Shown one piece after another: positions 20,391 to 31,373 of a stretch of 64,000 bases of DNA (the first letter of the stretch is position 1; each line of letters starts with the position of its first letter). Origin of the DNA: an uncultured Fibrobacterota bacterium. GTDB taxonomy: Bacteria > Fibrobacterota > Chitinivibrionia > Chitinivibrionales > FEN-1185. Where the stretch lies: positions 164,179 to 228,178 of the forward strand of contig CAVWBU010000032.1 in the NCBI GenBank assembly GCA_963753345.1, in the 5' to 3' direction. The notes below the pieces were generated by a model. That model saw only the letters and a list, made by a program, of their open reading frames with translations, was not told the DNA's origin and made no database searches. The translations under genes and the position numbers were made by a program.

Positions 20391-22259
20391 ATCAAATTCC
20401 GTAGTAGAACCAGCGGCCTTTTCGAAATCATCCAGCCGGTGATCGAAAAGGGAGAAGTGTTCGATTCCACGCTTCTCAAGAACATGATCAACTCCCTTAT
20501 CGCCGAGGGCAAGCGGAACTTCGCCATCGACCTCACGCCTCTCGACTACATCTATTCCGACGCGATCAACGTGATCCTCGCGCTTAACAGGCGGATCCTC
20601 GACGTGAGCGGCCGGCTGTCGCTGATGGGGCCCTGTGCCGAGGTGAGACAGATACTGGAGCGCACCGGCATCCAGAACATCCTCAAGATCTTCGACACCG
20701 AGACCGAGCTGCTCAAGAGTTCCGAGGACATCATCCTGCAGACCACGCGCTACAACTTGTCGGATCTCCAGACGTATCAGCAGGCGCCTCCGCCAAAGCC
20801 GAAATCGGAATTTGAAGACCTGCGTTCCGAAATAAGCACCGCAATGCCGCCGGCCGTGGGCGCTGGAGAACCGGAAGTTGACAGAGGATACCGCCAGCCT
20901 CCGCAGCAGTTTGCACCGCCGCAGCCTCCGCCGCAGCAGTTCGCGCCTCCGCCTCCGGCCTACAAGGAGGAGGAATTCGAGGCCGCCTATAAATCGTTTG
21001 AGACTGAAGCGTCGCAGGACCGGTTCGCGCCTCCTCCGCCGCCGCAGGCGCCGCAGTATGCGGAGCCGTTTACGCCGCCGCCCGTGCAGCCGCCCCGACC
21101 CGCGCAGCCGCCCAGGCGTCCCGAAAGAGATTTCGCGCCTGTCCAGGAACCCGCTCCCGCTATGCGCCGCAGGGAGCCCGAATTCGAAGCGCCCGTACTG
21201 GAACCTCTGACGCCGCCCGAAACCCGGAGCATGGAAGAAGAAATGGGGGCGAGAAAGGAACCGGCCAAGGCAAGGCCTTCGGGCGGGGAAAAGCACGTCG
21301 GCGCCTACGAAGAATTCGGCCGCGACACCGGCGAACCTGAGCCTAGGAAGCGTTCGCTTGTTCCTATTATTATAACGATACTCGTGGTAGCGATTCTTGC
21401 CGGAGGCGCATATTTCGCAATCAACTCTGGTATGCTGTCAGGAATTGGTGAGAAAGAAGCGCCCGCTCCAGCTCCAGCAGTGAGCAAGCCGGCAACGCCT
21501 CCGCCGCCTGCTGTCGCACCTGCGCCGCCTGCGCCCGCGCCTGCAGCAGCGGCACCCGCACCTGCGCCCGTTGCGGTCGAAGAACCGGCGGAAAAGCCCT
21601 CGAAGAAACCGAGCGCCAAGACGGCTGGAAAAAAACCGGCCCCCGAAGTGTCGAAAAAGGCAGCCGCGGCTGCGGAAGCAGCGCCCGCAGGCACCGCAGG
21701 GAAAATTTTCATCACCTCGACACCGCCCGGCGCCACCATCAAAGCCGACGATAGCCCGATCGGAACCACTCCGTTTACATGGAAGAATCCCAACGTAATC
21801 GGAGAGGTGACGATTGTTCTGTCGAAGCCCGGGTACAAGGACGCGGCAAAGACCATAGAATTCACCGGCGGCAGCAAGACCGAATCGTTCAGGCTGGAAA
21901 AAGAGGAAGCGCCGCCTGCTGCAAAGACAGCGGCGAAACCTGCGCCGGCTGCCGAACCCGAGGCAGAAGCAGCTCCTCCGCCTCCTCCGCCGCCCAAGCC
22001 CGCTCCTGCGCCCGAAGCAGCGGCTCCCGCGCCGGCGGCAGCCGCGGGCGGGGAGGCCGGCACGGTGTTTATCGCGTCGATACCGCCCGTGGCCGACGTC
22101 TACATGGACGGAAAACTCATCGGCAAGACGAACATCACCAAGCTCAACGTTGCCGCCGGCTCGCACAGCATGAGATTTGTCAAGGGAACTCAGGAAGTCA
22201 CCAAGGACATGACATTCAAGGGCGGCGACAACCCGTCGCAGCTGGTGAACCTGAAATAA
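20391..22259 (+). CDS. STAS domain, Pro-rich linker, TM helix and two PEGA-like domains
   Basis: IDLTPLDYIYSDAI...GRLSL..P...VRQILERTG (STAS); one TM; ITSTPPGATI..D...GTTP and IASIPPVADVYMDG (PEGA). Start codon uncertain. Confidence 0.8.
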   Translation: MKFRSRTSGLFEIIQPVIEKGEVFDSTLLKNMINSLIAEGKRNFAIDLTPLDYIYSDAINVILALNRRILDVSGRLSLMGPCAEVRQILERTGIQNILKIFDTETELLKSSEDIILQTTRYNLSDLQTYQQAPPPKPKSEFEDLRSEISTAMPPAVGAGEPEVDRGYRQPPQQFAPPQPPPQQFAPPPPAYKEEEFEAAYKSFETEASQDRFAPPPPPQAPQYAEPFTPPPVQPPRPAQPPRRPERDFAPVQEPAPAMRRREPEFEAPVLEPLTPPETRSMEEEMGARKEPAKARPSGGEKHVGAYEEFGRDTGEPEPRKRSLVPIIITILVVAILAGGAYFAINSGMLSGIGEKEAPAPAPAVSKPATPPPPAVAPAPPAPAPAAAAPAPAPVAVEEPAEKPSKKPSAKTAGKKPAPEVSKKAAAAAEAAPAGTAGKIFITSTPPGATIKADDSPIGTTPFTWKNPNVIGEVTIVLSKPGYKDAAKTIEFTGGSKTESFRLEKEEAPPAAKTAAKPAPAAEPEAEAAPPPPPPPKPAPAPEAAAPAPAAAAGGEAGTVFIASIPPVADVYMDGKLIGKTNITKLNVAAGSHSMRFVKGTQEVTKDMTFKGGDNPSQLVNLK

Positions 22260-22301
22260 GCATTATCCGGCGAATCGCACGGCGCCGGGAATCAGAAGTG
22301 C

Positions 22302-22340
22302 AAAGCAGGAAATCCTGGAGAGGGTTTCCTGCTTTTTTTT
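22302..22340 (+). terminator. Intrinsic terminator
   Basis: AAAGCAGGAAATCCT-GGAG-AGGGTTTCCTGCTTTTTTTT. Confidence 0.8.
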
Positions 22341-22431
22341 GGATACGGCCGGGGGCTCCCTGGAAACCATCGCGGCGCTTGATTTTTCCGGGAGAGTTAT
22401 ATATCTTTTGGAGTCTCTGAAAAATTGTAGT

Positions 22432-22504
<73 letters not shown>

Positions 22505-22513
22505 TTTTGTGAC

Positions 22514-22570
22514 AAGGACTTACAACGCAAGTTGTAGGTCCTTTTTTTCAAAATGCCCAAAAATGCCCAA
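22514..22570 (+). terminator. Terminator after tRNA-Phe followed by tandem AAATGCCCAA x2 (possible integrase arm sites)
   Basis: AAGGACTTACAAC-GCAA-GTTGTAGGTCCTTTTTTT; 10-bp direct repeats at 22551 and 22561. Confidence 0.65.
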
Positions 22571-22594
22571 GATTTTAAAGGGGGCATCCGATTT

Positions 22595-23773
22595 TCAGGC
22601 CGCTACTCTCCAAAGTCTGCTGATTAACGCCTGAACAGCCCCGAGAGGAATGTCTTTGCTTTTGGCAAGAATGATGAGGCGCTCAAGGTCTTCTTTGATC
22701 GCCTCGGTGTGTGCCTGCGTGAACCCGGCCATGTCCTGGATTTCGGAGACATCGACCTTGTCATACCAGTCGAACATACTGTTCGTGTGGTGGCCGGTCT
22801 GAGCCTTGATCACGCTCTTATCGTGACCTTCACGTCTTTTCCTCACTGTATAGCAATGCCGGAAATCGTGACAGATTAGGTCTGCGAACCCCGCTTTGTC
22901 CGCAAGCTTCCTGAACTTGCGTTCGAAGAAGTTCTGGTTGATTCTGCGGCCTTTGACAGATAAGAAAACGATATTATCAGGTTTGCAGTCGCCGCGCTCG
23001 GTTTGGATCTCAATCAGCACATCGTACAGCTCCTGTTCGATACCTGCTTTCTTATTATCACTCTCCTTCGTGTCAACGGCCTGAAGGTCGATAAGACGTT
23101 CCACAAGGTTTACCTTGCTCCAGGTGAGCGCAAGAATTTCGTCCTCACGCATTCCTGTACACCATGCACAAATGCAAACGCGTTTCATCCACCGTGGGAA
23201 GCTTTGCATGAGCCCCCAGAATTCCTCAACGGTGATGGTTTTCGTACGTTTATTCACGCGCTTGAATTCTTTCCGAAGCGCTTTGTTGATAAGCCCGTTC
23301 AGTGGATTTTGTGATAAGATTTCCAATTCCTCAATGGCGTAATTGAGGACCCTTGAGAAATAGACGGCGAATTTCTTAACAGTGGAGACCGCCATTGTTC
23401 CTTCTCGGACCGGTCCGTTCAAGAAGGAATAGAGCCATGTTCGCACTTGGCCATTAGTGAGCAGGCATATACGCCAATCTCCCCATCTTTCAATGATCTG
23501 GTCAATATAGGAGGTGTTTGCGTACGCTCTTGTTCCCGCCAAATAGTCCCGATAGGGAAGCGCCGCTTCCTTCACGGTCATTTTCTTGATGTTCTTTGCC
23601 TTCACACCCAGGGATGGGTGTAAGCCCGATTTTTCAAAGATCGACTGCGCACAAACCTGATCGTACAAATCCTGCGCAGCTTTTTTCGGGAGCACCCGAC
23701 GTTGCCGCACTCCGTGGCTGTCATACCACTGGACTCTGCATCGCCTGCCTCCCAGTTCCTTTATTGATGCCAT
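22595..23773 (-). CDS. Tyrosine recombinase / phage-type integrase
   Basis: TGMREDEI (Arg), HDFRH, TGH...WY catalytic motifs; N-terminal arm-binding-like region; next to tRNA. Confidence 0.92.
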   Translation of the reverse strand: MASIKELGGRRCRVQWYDSHGVRQRRVLPKKAAQDLYDQVCAQSIFEKSGLHPSLGVKAKNIKKMTVKEAALPYRDYLAGTRAYANTSYIDQIIERWGDWRICLLTNGQVRTWLYSFLNGPVREGTMAVSTVKKFAVYFSRVLNYAIEELEILSQNPLNGLINKALRKEFKRVNKRTKTITVEEFWGLMQSFPRWMKRVCICAWCTGMREDEILALTWSKVNLVERLIDLQAVDTKESDNKKAGIEQELYDVLIEIQTERGDCKPDNIVFLSVKGRRINQNFFERKFRKLADKAGFADLICHDFRHCYTVRKRREGHDKSVIKAQTGHHTNSMFDWYDKVDVSEIQDMAGFTQAHTEAIKEDLERLIILAKSKDIPLGAVQALISRLWRVAA

Positions 23774-23843
23774 ACTCTTGTTCCCTTTCCGGGTACAAGG
23801 GTATAGCTGGGTAATTCGGAAAATAATTCAGGGATGCGCCGCA

Positions 23844-24089
23844 TCAGGGGTTCCCCCCGTTGCGGACATATTCGTCGATGGTTTCGGGTTTCCAGAAAAC
23901 TGCCTTCCGGCTGATACGGAGGTCGGGCGGGGGAATGCGGCCATCGTGCCACCACTCGCGGACAGAGTCCGTTGCGGGTCGCCCATTCTCTGTATAGAGG
24001 TCGAAATACTCTGCAAGTCGGCGCAGGCTGAAGAGAGGGCGGGCTTTGGAAAGCTTGATTTCTGGCGGCTGATGCGTACCCATGTACAA
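23844..24089 (-). CDS. Excisionase-like HTH protein (AlpA/Xis-like)
   Basis: LAEYF...SVREWWHDGRIPPP....RKAVFWKPETIDEY; directly upstream of the integrase. Confidence 0.7.
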   Translation of the reverse strand: MYMGTHQPPEIKLSKARPLFSLRRLAEYFDLYTENGRPATDSVREWWHDGRIPPPDLRISRKAVFWKPETIDEYVRNGGNP

Positions 24090-24414
24090 ATATACAGAAG
24101 TTTCCGCCCCAGATTAAATAAGTTTTTTTCTAATGGCACCTTTTTCTATTAAAGCAGGGCCAAAAAAAAGAAAAGATTTTGTGGGTATCCGCGCCGGTTC
24201 TGCGCCGAACCGGAAAAGTTATCATTTTTAGGCGTTTTTAAGGGATACAAAGCTATTGGGAAGAAGAGCAACAACGGCCTCGGCTAATGAAAACAAACCA
24301 GAAACGCACTGATACTTGGGCCGGTTCGGTCAAGTTTATAAAGAAACCTCCACCTACAATCATGCTGCAGTTTCTGCAGCTGGCCGGTCTTTGTCAAACG
24401 GAGCCTGTTTTGCC

Positions 24415-25554
24415 TTAAACGCCCTCACAGTTGCAGTGGCCAAAGACGGTGCCTGAATCCGCATGGAGAGACCTGGGCTCCTTGCAAAGCCCTACTACAG
24501 GCGTGTAACCTGTCGGAGCCCACGCTCGCTTAATCATTGAGTAAACTTGCCGATAAATACTTGTTCTATCCGATATATGGTAATGCTTCCCATCCGGAGT
24601 AACCTGAGGTTTTTGCCATTCAAGAGGAGGTAGCCCCCAATTTTTTCTATGAGTGTCGAGGCTTCGGTTCATCTCACGATAAGTCCCAAGAGTTATCCGG
24701 GCAGGTTTATGACCACTTCTAGCGGCGGTCAAGAAAAACTCCTGGTAAATGTCCTCCCAATGGTCCACTTCCAAAATGGGATCTATTCTCCATCGTATTT
24801 CAAATCCCATCTCTGCACCCCACTTTGAATCGTCTAGTCGTCTTGAAATAGGAGGGGTGACGCGTACGCCATCGTCAAATTTGCCCTCCCACAGATCAGC
24901 GATTTCTTCAGGATTAAGGCTATGGGTTAGCAGGATATTCTTTGTCGGCAATCCCTTTAAGAATCGGACATTCACGCTCTTGGTAAGTAAAATCAACTTT
25001 GATCCTTGAGGGTTCCTTCCCTCATCTGCAAACAAGGGAATCAAACGACGGGCGTGTCCGGTGACCCCTTCATACAGCAAAGAGTCACTGGAGTCTATCC
25101 CGAGCCCAAGATTCCGGTACTGTTCCTTTGGTTGCAATAGCCAATTAATTACGGCCTCTTCATAGTCGTCAATGTTATCATACAGCAGATGTCGTGATGG
25201 ATCACATAATGACCGAAGTGTCAGGATAAGAAAGCAGGCCCTACAGCGCAATCCGCAAGCTCCCGATCCAATTGCCAGATCTGCCCAATGAGCCGGACAG
25301 TAGTTCTTTTGTTTTCCGTCTTTGTCCCATGGTTTTATTAGATTAGATTTCCTCGAGCATCGATACACCTCCAATGGCCGGGATAATCCGAGTATGGCAG
25401 CCTCAATGCATTCCAGCCGCCAATGATCACGTTTTGCACGATCCAGATCACATTTTGATAACATAATGCAATAAGCAACGGCTGGGGATAGTGGTAATAT
25501 CCATTCTTGCACAAGGTCTAAGGCAAAGGAAAAGAACAAATATGCACCAGCCAT
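24415..25554 (-). CDS. Radical SAM protein, spore photoproduct lyase (SplB)-like; true start probably downstream of the ORF start
   Basis: CxxxCxxC (CGLRCRAC), SDSLL.E, LLTKS.NV, SLNPE, RIDPI, ITLGT.R, LCKE, terminal CNC. Confidence 0.75.
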   Translation of the reverse strand: MAGAYLFFSFALDLVQEWILPLSPAVAYCIMLSKCDLDRAKRDHWRLECIEAAILGLSRPLEVYRCSRKSNLIKPWDKDGKQKNYCPAHWADLAIGSGACGLRCRACFLILTLRSLCDPSRHLLYDNIDDYEEAVINWLLQPKEQYRNLGLGIDSSDSLLYEGVTGHARRLIPLFADEGRNPQGSKLILLTKSVNVRFLKGLPTKNILLTHSLNPEEIADLWEGKFDDGVRVTPPISRRLDDSKWGAEMGFEIRWRIDPILEVDHWEDIYQEFFLTAARSGHKPARITLGTYREMNRSLDTHRKNWGLPPLEWQKPQVTPDGKHYHISDRTSIYRQVYSMIKRAWAPTGYTPVVGLCKEPRSLHADSGTVFGHCNCEGV

Positions 25555-25673
25555 CCCTCGTCTTCACCAGCCCACCTCCAGCCACACCTGACCACTACCA
25601 GATAAAATAAACCATAGCCCAACTGTCCAAGGAAGTCACCAGACAACCGTCTAGACCCCCACCCTGCCGATCT

Positions 25674-25859
25674 GAGTACACAAAGAGTACACAGCCACAG
25701 CGTACTTCAGCGTATTTTAGCGTACTTGGGCGTATGAAGCTTCAAAGGCCAGAAAATAAGAAAGCCCCAAAACTGCTGAAATTTTGCAGAATTTGAGGCT
25801 TTTAGTGGTACGGCCAGAGGGACTTGAACCCCCAACCTTCTGATCCGTAGTCAGAAGGT
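25674..25859 (-). other. att-site remnant: 3' half of tRNA-Arg(ACG) at 25806-25855 with arm-type and phased repeats
   Basis: Minus strand TCTGACTACGGATCAGAAGGTTGGGGGTTCAAGTCCCTCTGGCCGTACCA, no D-arm; GAGTACACA x2; RGCGTAY x4 at 10-bp period. Confidence 0.85.
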
Positions 25860-25874
25860 GAGCATTTTCACCAT

Positions 25875-25900
25875 TTCTCCTCCTGCTGACCGGAAAGGCC
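25875..25900. repeat. Island repeat family A (copies at 25875, 28888, about 30497, 48601)
   Basis: TTCTCCTCCTGCTGACCGGAAAGGCC identical at 25875 and 28888; longer copies extend to ACGGCTCAAT..GGG.GTCA.GGG. Confidence 0.85.
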
Positions 25901-25934
25901 ACTCTAGCTAAGCCGGGGTTCGATCTTGGTCGCT

Positions 25935-28694
25935 CTATTTCCGCGGTACTATAAATCTGTTCAGCATCTCCGAAAGCTCTGCGATGGTGAATGGTTTTGA
26001 AATGCCTGCTGTAAAGCCATGCTCGATAGGGTTCTTGATCACCGGATCATCCGCATAGCCGCTTGCCACAAAGATTGGGATGTCCTTGTTCAATTTTCTT
26101 ATCTCTCTAACAGCTTCTATTCCACCCATGCCGCCGGGAACGGTAAGGTCAAGAATCATTGCACTCAATTGATTATTGACTCTGGTTTCGTTGATGTAGG
26201 AGTCAATGGCGTCCTTGCCGTCATTCTTGCATACCACGGAGTATCCCAGTGATCCAAGCATTTGCCGAAGCGCGGCTCTTATAACTTCTTCGTCATCCAT
26301 GACAATGACAGTGCCGCTGCCTTTGTGCCTGCTAACAGTGCCTGCATTCGCCGCAACCGCTTCTAGCGAAGCAGGCAGGTAAACATGAAACGTGCTGCCC
26401 TTACCTGGTTCGGATTCGACGTCAATGCTTCCGCCATGACGGGTGATGATTGAATAGCAGGTAGCAAGACCAAGGCCGTGGCCCTTCATTTTTGTCGTGT
26501 AGAAAGGGTCGAAAATGCGGGGCATGATATCCTTTGGTATGCCGATGCCGAAGTCTTTGATTGATACCTTGACATAATCGCCCTTGTCCAGTGGAGGATG
26601 TTCTTTTTTTTCAAGAGAAATATTCTCTGCCACTATTTCTATGGTACCCCCGTTTGGCATTGCCTGCTGGGCATTGATGACAATGTTGTCGATAACTTGG
26701 GCGATTTGGTTCTTATCGATATTGCACGACCATAGGTTTTCCGCCAGAAAAAATTTGCACGAAGTGTTTGACCCGCTTAGCGCGAATTGCGCTGCTTCCT
26801 GAATAAATGGAACTAATGGTGTTGTTTTCTGGATCGGTGCTCCGCCCTTGGCAAAGGTCAGAAGCTGCATGGTGAGCGAACGTGCGCGGTTTATTGTGGC
26901 CATGGTTGCTTCTAGGTATTCTTTGGTCTGAGCTTCCTTCGAGACGGAACGGGCGAGGTCGATATAAGCGAAAATCCCAGTAAGAAGGTTGTTGAAATCA
27001 TGAGCTATGCCTCCGGCGAGAACGCCTAGGGATTCTAGTTTCTGCGCTCTTTGGAGCGTCTCTTGCATGCGCTTGCGCTCCGTGATGTCTGTAAGTAAGT
27101 CCAGAGTAGCAGGCCTTCCTTTCCAAACAATAGGAACTGGGTTTATTTCAACCCAATATACTCTGCCATCAGCAGCCATTACCCTGAACTCATATCTTTG
27201 TTGTATCAAATCGCCCTTAATCAGCCTCGCATGGTTTTCTGTTAACAGGTGACGATCATCCGGATAGATGAATTCCAGAAAAGGTCTTTTTGTGGCTTCC
27301 TGTTCAGTATAACCCCAAAGTTCCATACCTCTTCGATTGACAAATTTTAACATGCCATCCTGCGCAACTACTATTATTTGGTTGGCATTATCCACAAGGC
27401 ATCGATATTTCTCCTCGCTCTCCCGCAGCGCTTCCTCGGCCCTTTTGCGTTCGGTAATATCGCGCACAATGCCCTGGAATCTGCCATCGCCTAGCCTCTT
27501 GCCACTGATTTCAGTGCAGATAACCGATCCATTCTTACAGCGCATTCGCCTTTCAGCCACGATTGTTTCACCTGATGACATTTCTTTGAATCTAATAGGG
27601 GTGGCCGCGATTTCTTCGGGAAGAAGCAAGTCCTTCATTCCAAGGTGCAAAATCTCTTCCCGTGAATAGCCGAAAATAGCGCATCCTTGTAAATTCACAT
27701 CGGTGTAGTTTCCTTCCTTGTCAGCAATAAAGATTCCGTCGGATGCTTGTTCCATGAGAGTGCGATAGTTACTTTCACTGTCTCGCAGCGCCTCTTCTGC
27801 TTGTTTGCGTTCGGTGATATTCTCGATGATAGTATGTACCAGATTCACCTGATTGTGATCATCAAGAATGGGGACAAATCGCAATAACATTTGAAGGGAT
27901 TTTCCCCACTTGGTGGTATATGGATACTCTCCAGAGACGACTTGACCCTTTTCAACACACCGCTGAAAGGCAGCTGAGATCCCGGCCTGGATAAGCAGTG
28001 GAAATGTCAGAAGGTTTATCGCCTTTGTCGCATCAGGAGATGGTGATCCAAGAATCTGAACGGTCGCGGAATTCAGCTCAATAATTTGTCCAGACCGATT
28101 TACCAACAGGATTCCGACCGGTGCATATTCGTGCAGCAATCTGTAGCGTTCCTGGCTTTGGCTGAGTGCTTCCGCAACTTGTTTACGCTCGGTAATATCA
28201 TCAAACATCACGAATATCTTGCCGGCAACAGGGGCCCCGGAAATGAACATCGTCTTGATGGTGCCATTCTTGCAGGTCACTCGATACTCGTTGCCGATAA
28301 TCTCACTACCCTCTGTCAACGCCTTCTGAACGCGCCCGGTCCAGTCGGCGACCACTTCCTTACGGTAAACCTCATCAGGGTATGCCTGCACCCACCACCG
28401 GTCCATCGTCGGGATGTCCTCATGCAGGTATCCAAAGACTTTGACTGCCTTACGGTTGATAAACTCGATCATGCCATCTATACTGACGACCGCCATCGCG
28501 ATTGGGGCCTGTTCGACAATCTTTCGAAAGCGATATTCGCTTTCGCGAAGCGCTTCCTTAAGCCCCTTTCGTTCGGTTTTGTGGGGCGCATCTTTGACGC
28601 CCTTGTTCCTGATCCTTGTTTGCCTTCTTCTCGATTTCTGCGTAATATTCCTCCTGTTCTTATTCTGCCCAGGGACGGGCTGCATTCTTAGCAC
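25935..28694 (-). CDS. Hybrid sensor histidine kinase / response regulator with four PAS domains
   Basis: DITERK PAC motifs x4, AGGIAHDFNNLL, DFGIGI, FDPFYTTK, GHGLGL, receiver MDDE...LDLTVP...KPF. Confidence 0.95.
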   Translation of the reverse strand: MLRMQPVPGQNKNRRNITQKSRRRQTRIRNKGVKDAPHKTERKGLKEALRESEYRFRKIVEQAPIAMAVVSIDGMIEFINRKAVKVFGYLHEDIPTMDRWWVQAYPDEVYRKEVVADWTGRVQKALTEGSEIIGNEYRVTCKNGTIKTMFISGAPVAGKIFVMFDDITERKQVAEALSQSQERYRLLHEYAPVGILLVNRSGQIIELNSATVQILGSPSPDATKAINLLTFPLLIQAGISAAFQRCVEKGQVVSGEYPYTTKWGKSLQMLLRFVPILDDHNQVNLVHTIIENITERKQAEEALRDSESNYRTLMEQASDGIFIADKEGNYTDVNLQGCAIFGYSREEILHLGMKDLLLPEEIAATPIRFKEMSSGETIVAERRMRCKNGSVICTEISGKRLGDGRFQGIVRDITERKRAEEALRESEEKYRCLVDNANQIIVVAQDGMLKFVNRRGMELWGYTEQEATKRPFLEFIYPDDRHLLTENHARLIKGDLIQQRYEFRVMAADGRVYWVEINPVPIVWKGRPATLDLLTDITERKRMQETLQRAQKLESLGVLAGGIAHDFNNLLTGIFAYIDLARSVSKEAQTKEYLEATMATINRARSLTMQLLTFAKGGAPIQKTTPLVPFIQEAAQFALSGSNTSCKFFLAENLWSCNIDKNQIAQVIDNIVINAQQAMPNGGTIEIVAENISLEKKEHPPLDKGDYVKVSIKDFGIGIPKDIMPRIFDPFYTTKMKGHGLGLATCYSIITRHGGSIDVESEPGKGSTFHVYLPASLEAVAANAGTVSRHKGSGTVIVMDDEEVIRAALRQMLGSLGYSVVCKNDGKDAIDSYINETRVNNQLSAMILDLTVPGGMGGIEAVREIRKLNKDIPIFVASGYADDPVIKNPIEHGFTAGISKPFTIAELSEMLNRFIVPRK

Positions 28695-29270
28695 CGGAAA
28701 TCCTGTAATATGATGCCTTGTTCTGATGAATTTGGATTTCTATTCAACGTTATTATTCCCATCCACACGGACGAAACAATTTGACATAAACTTAAGCAAA
28801 TGTCTTCCCATCAATACCTGCCCTTTTTCATTGCAAGCCAACACCCTCAAAATCGCATTTGTCTGCCTCCATAAGCAAATCCACTGGTTCTCCTCCTGCT
28901 GACCGGAAAGGCCCGTCCAGCCAATTCCAAACTCGGCCAAGTAGGTAATCCATGGGAAAATGGCACGGCTCAATTGGGCGTCACGGGGCTATGGTCTGGA
29001 CGAAGGCCAGCAGAAGTCTTTTGCGGGAGGTATAAGCCATCTTGGATAAATGCGCATTGGCAAGGCGGAAAACCTGCAAGATACAGCGAGAGGTTTTTGA
29101 AAAGAAGTTTTGAAATCTATACAAACAGGAGCATATTATGCAATTGAGTTGCATTCCATCTTACTTGGGGTAAGAAAATATTCATTGTGACTCACATAAG
29201 AAGTTCATAAATTCTTTTATGATGATGTTTTCAAAACAACGGATATCTTGCTCAAAGAAAGGATTCTTCC

Positions 29271-30425
29271 ATGCGCTCTTTCATCCGCTCAATAAGGATT
29301 TCACTCGTGTTGTCGCTGCTGGCAATTGTTTCAGTTACAAGTTATTCGCAAAGCGCCGGCCTTACGCTTGGCGGGCACTTTGTTCCCCGAGAAAGCCTGA
29401 TGGTATTCATTGACATGGGAAACTCGGCCATGTCGGGTCGCGACAAACAAGCCGACCTAGTGACAGATCCCCATTTGTGGAAATTTGAAATGGATCCGGC
29501 GAATTACGATTGGCTGCTTGCCAAAGAACCAATCTGTGTGGACGCGTATCAGTCAATCACCTATCCCCTGGGCGGTCCCGTCATGCCCTTTCTCAAGCGG
29601 CTCCATGTCGATTACCCGAACTACTACTTTGGTGTCATGCAATTGTCTAATTCGGGATGGGAACTAATGGGAAATTTCAACGCCGGGTCAGGCGCGGTTA
29701 ACGCCCTCCTGACACAAGCGAATATTCTCAAAGCAAACGTGACCATCGCCGGTATTGTCAGCATGCTCAATAACGTCGAAGTTCAAAACAGCGATACCCT
29801 CAACTATTTGCAGCATGTTGCGGACATGGTCAGTAACATCCGGACCAAACTTGGAACCTTGCAATACAATGGCGTTGCCTATACCGTGCCGTACATCCAC
29901 GCCGGGTACCCGGTTGATGCGAAAGACGGCGGTCTCAATGGCCCCTTTTACGATACGTCGCATATCCAGACCAAGAGCATCATGAGGCAAATTGCGCAGA
30001 TTCCCACACTCGTCTCTGACTGCGTCATAATTCCCACGAATGGATTGACCGTCTGCATGAACTGCACTCCATCTGGCTACTACGACCATTACGACTCAGC
30101 CGGCAACGCGGGATGGGGAAGCCGTGCCGCTGACACAGTGCTGGGCCGGTGCTGGATACCTCCTGTCAATACTTGTTCCACCTTAGCTACCGCGCCGCAA
30201 CATCAGATTGCTGTGTTTCATCTTTCCACTTTGCAGAGAATCATGTTCGACGGGACCAACTGGTCTGCATTCGATAAGGCCGGAAAATCATTCACTATCT
30301 ATTCGCTCAACGGCAGGACTATTGTCGGAATGTCTGCACCCTTATTGAGAAGCCAGAAATTGTTGCCGGGTGTATATTTTGTCCGGTCGGAAGTAAAAAA
30401 TCAGTCTTTTGAGACGCGTCAGTAA
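29271..30425 (+). CDS. Secreted SGNH / sialate O-acetylesterase-like protein with T9SS-like tail
   Basis: Signal peptide, MGNSAMSGR, LAKEP, DHYD..G..GWG.R; tail IYSLNGR...LLPGVYFV. Confidence 0.65.
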   Translation: MRSFIRSIRISLVLSLLAIVSVTSYSQSAGLTLGGHFVPRESLMVFIDMGNSAMSGRDKQADLVTDPHLWKFEMDPANYDWLLAKEPICVDAYQSITYPLGGPVMPFLKRLHVDYPNYYFGVMQLSNSGWELMGNFNAGSGAVNALLTQANILKANVTIAGIVSMLNNVEVQNSDTLNYLQHVADMVSNIRTKLGTLQYNGVAYTVPYIHAGYPVDAKDGGLNGPFYDTSHIQTKSIMRQIAQIPTLVSDCVIIPTNGLTVCMNCTPSGYYDHYDSAGNAGWGSRAADTVLGRCWIPPVNTCSTLATAPQHQIAVFHLSTLQRIMFDGTNWSAFDKAGKSFTIYSLNGRTIVGMSAPLLRSQKLLPGVYFVRSEVKNQSFETRQ

Positions 30426-31373
30426 GACCTTGATACCTCGCTATACTGGACTGATTCCCAGTAGATATTCCCTGACGTCAAAAGCAAATCTTACGCCCTG
30501 CTGGCCAGTAAGGCCTGTCTAGCCAAGCCAGAGGATGACCCAGTAGATAATCCATGGATTAGGGATACGGCTCAATCGGGCGTCACGGGACGTTGGTGTA
30601 GGCAAAGACGATTTCGAGAATCTTTGCACTATAGGTTCTTCTTTTTCGTAGATTGAGAACAATCTTTAACGCTCTTCGCAGTTCCACGAATTTCTTTCTG
30701 AGTTTCAGGGATTTCGCCTTTTCAAATAAACCAATAGCATGGCATGAGATTTGAGGGTTATTCATGGGGTGACGAAGAAAAAGATTTTGGCTAACCTCAG
30801 GCTTTTGATAGACAAGAGTGAATATTCGGGAAGGAGGAACCCCAAAATGAACAAACTACATGCAACTTCTGTTTTCCTTTTTGCGGTAAGGTGCGCCGCA
30901 AAAAGCTGAATTACTGATTGAACAGAGTATGAGATACCGGCAGCACCAGGGCAAAGAACCGGCGTGACAAGGTGCGGGGTTATTTGAACATTGACGTGGA
31001 ACCCCCGGAAAGACTGCATGGCATCATTACAATGCGGCAACGGAGTACGTTGATCATGAGCGGACAAGTGATCCAGAGAAAGCGCTGGATTCTGCGATGT
31101 TTGGTAGCGGAGCTTTGCTCAAAGAAAAAGCCTTTACGACTGCGCTGAAGCTTTAACAGGCCCAACTGCGAAATGCGTCTGTAAAGGCCAGGGTGACAGG
31201 TTATTCATGCTATTCCGGCCTTCTTTTTCGGTGATTGCTCCCTAAGCCTTTAGCCATTTGCTAAAAGGTGAAATAATGTGTTACCATATCTGTACTTTCA
31301 TTTGGGTTCTTCGATAACAGGATATATTGTTTTGACATCAATTAGGTTATCACTATCCCTGGGAGGTAGGATT

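Noticed and set aside
30583-31165. Short ORFs between repeat A and the FGE gene
   Set aside because: No recognisable motifs or clear RBS; likely non-coding or decayed.
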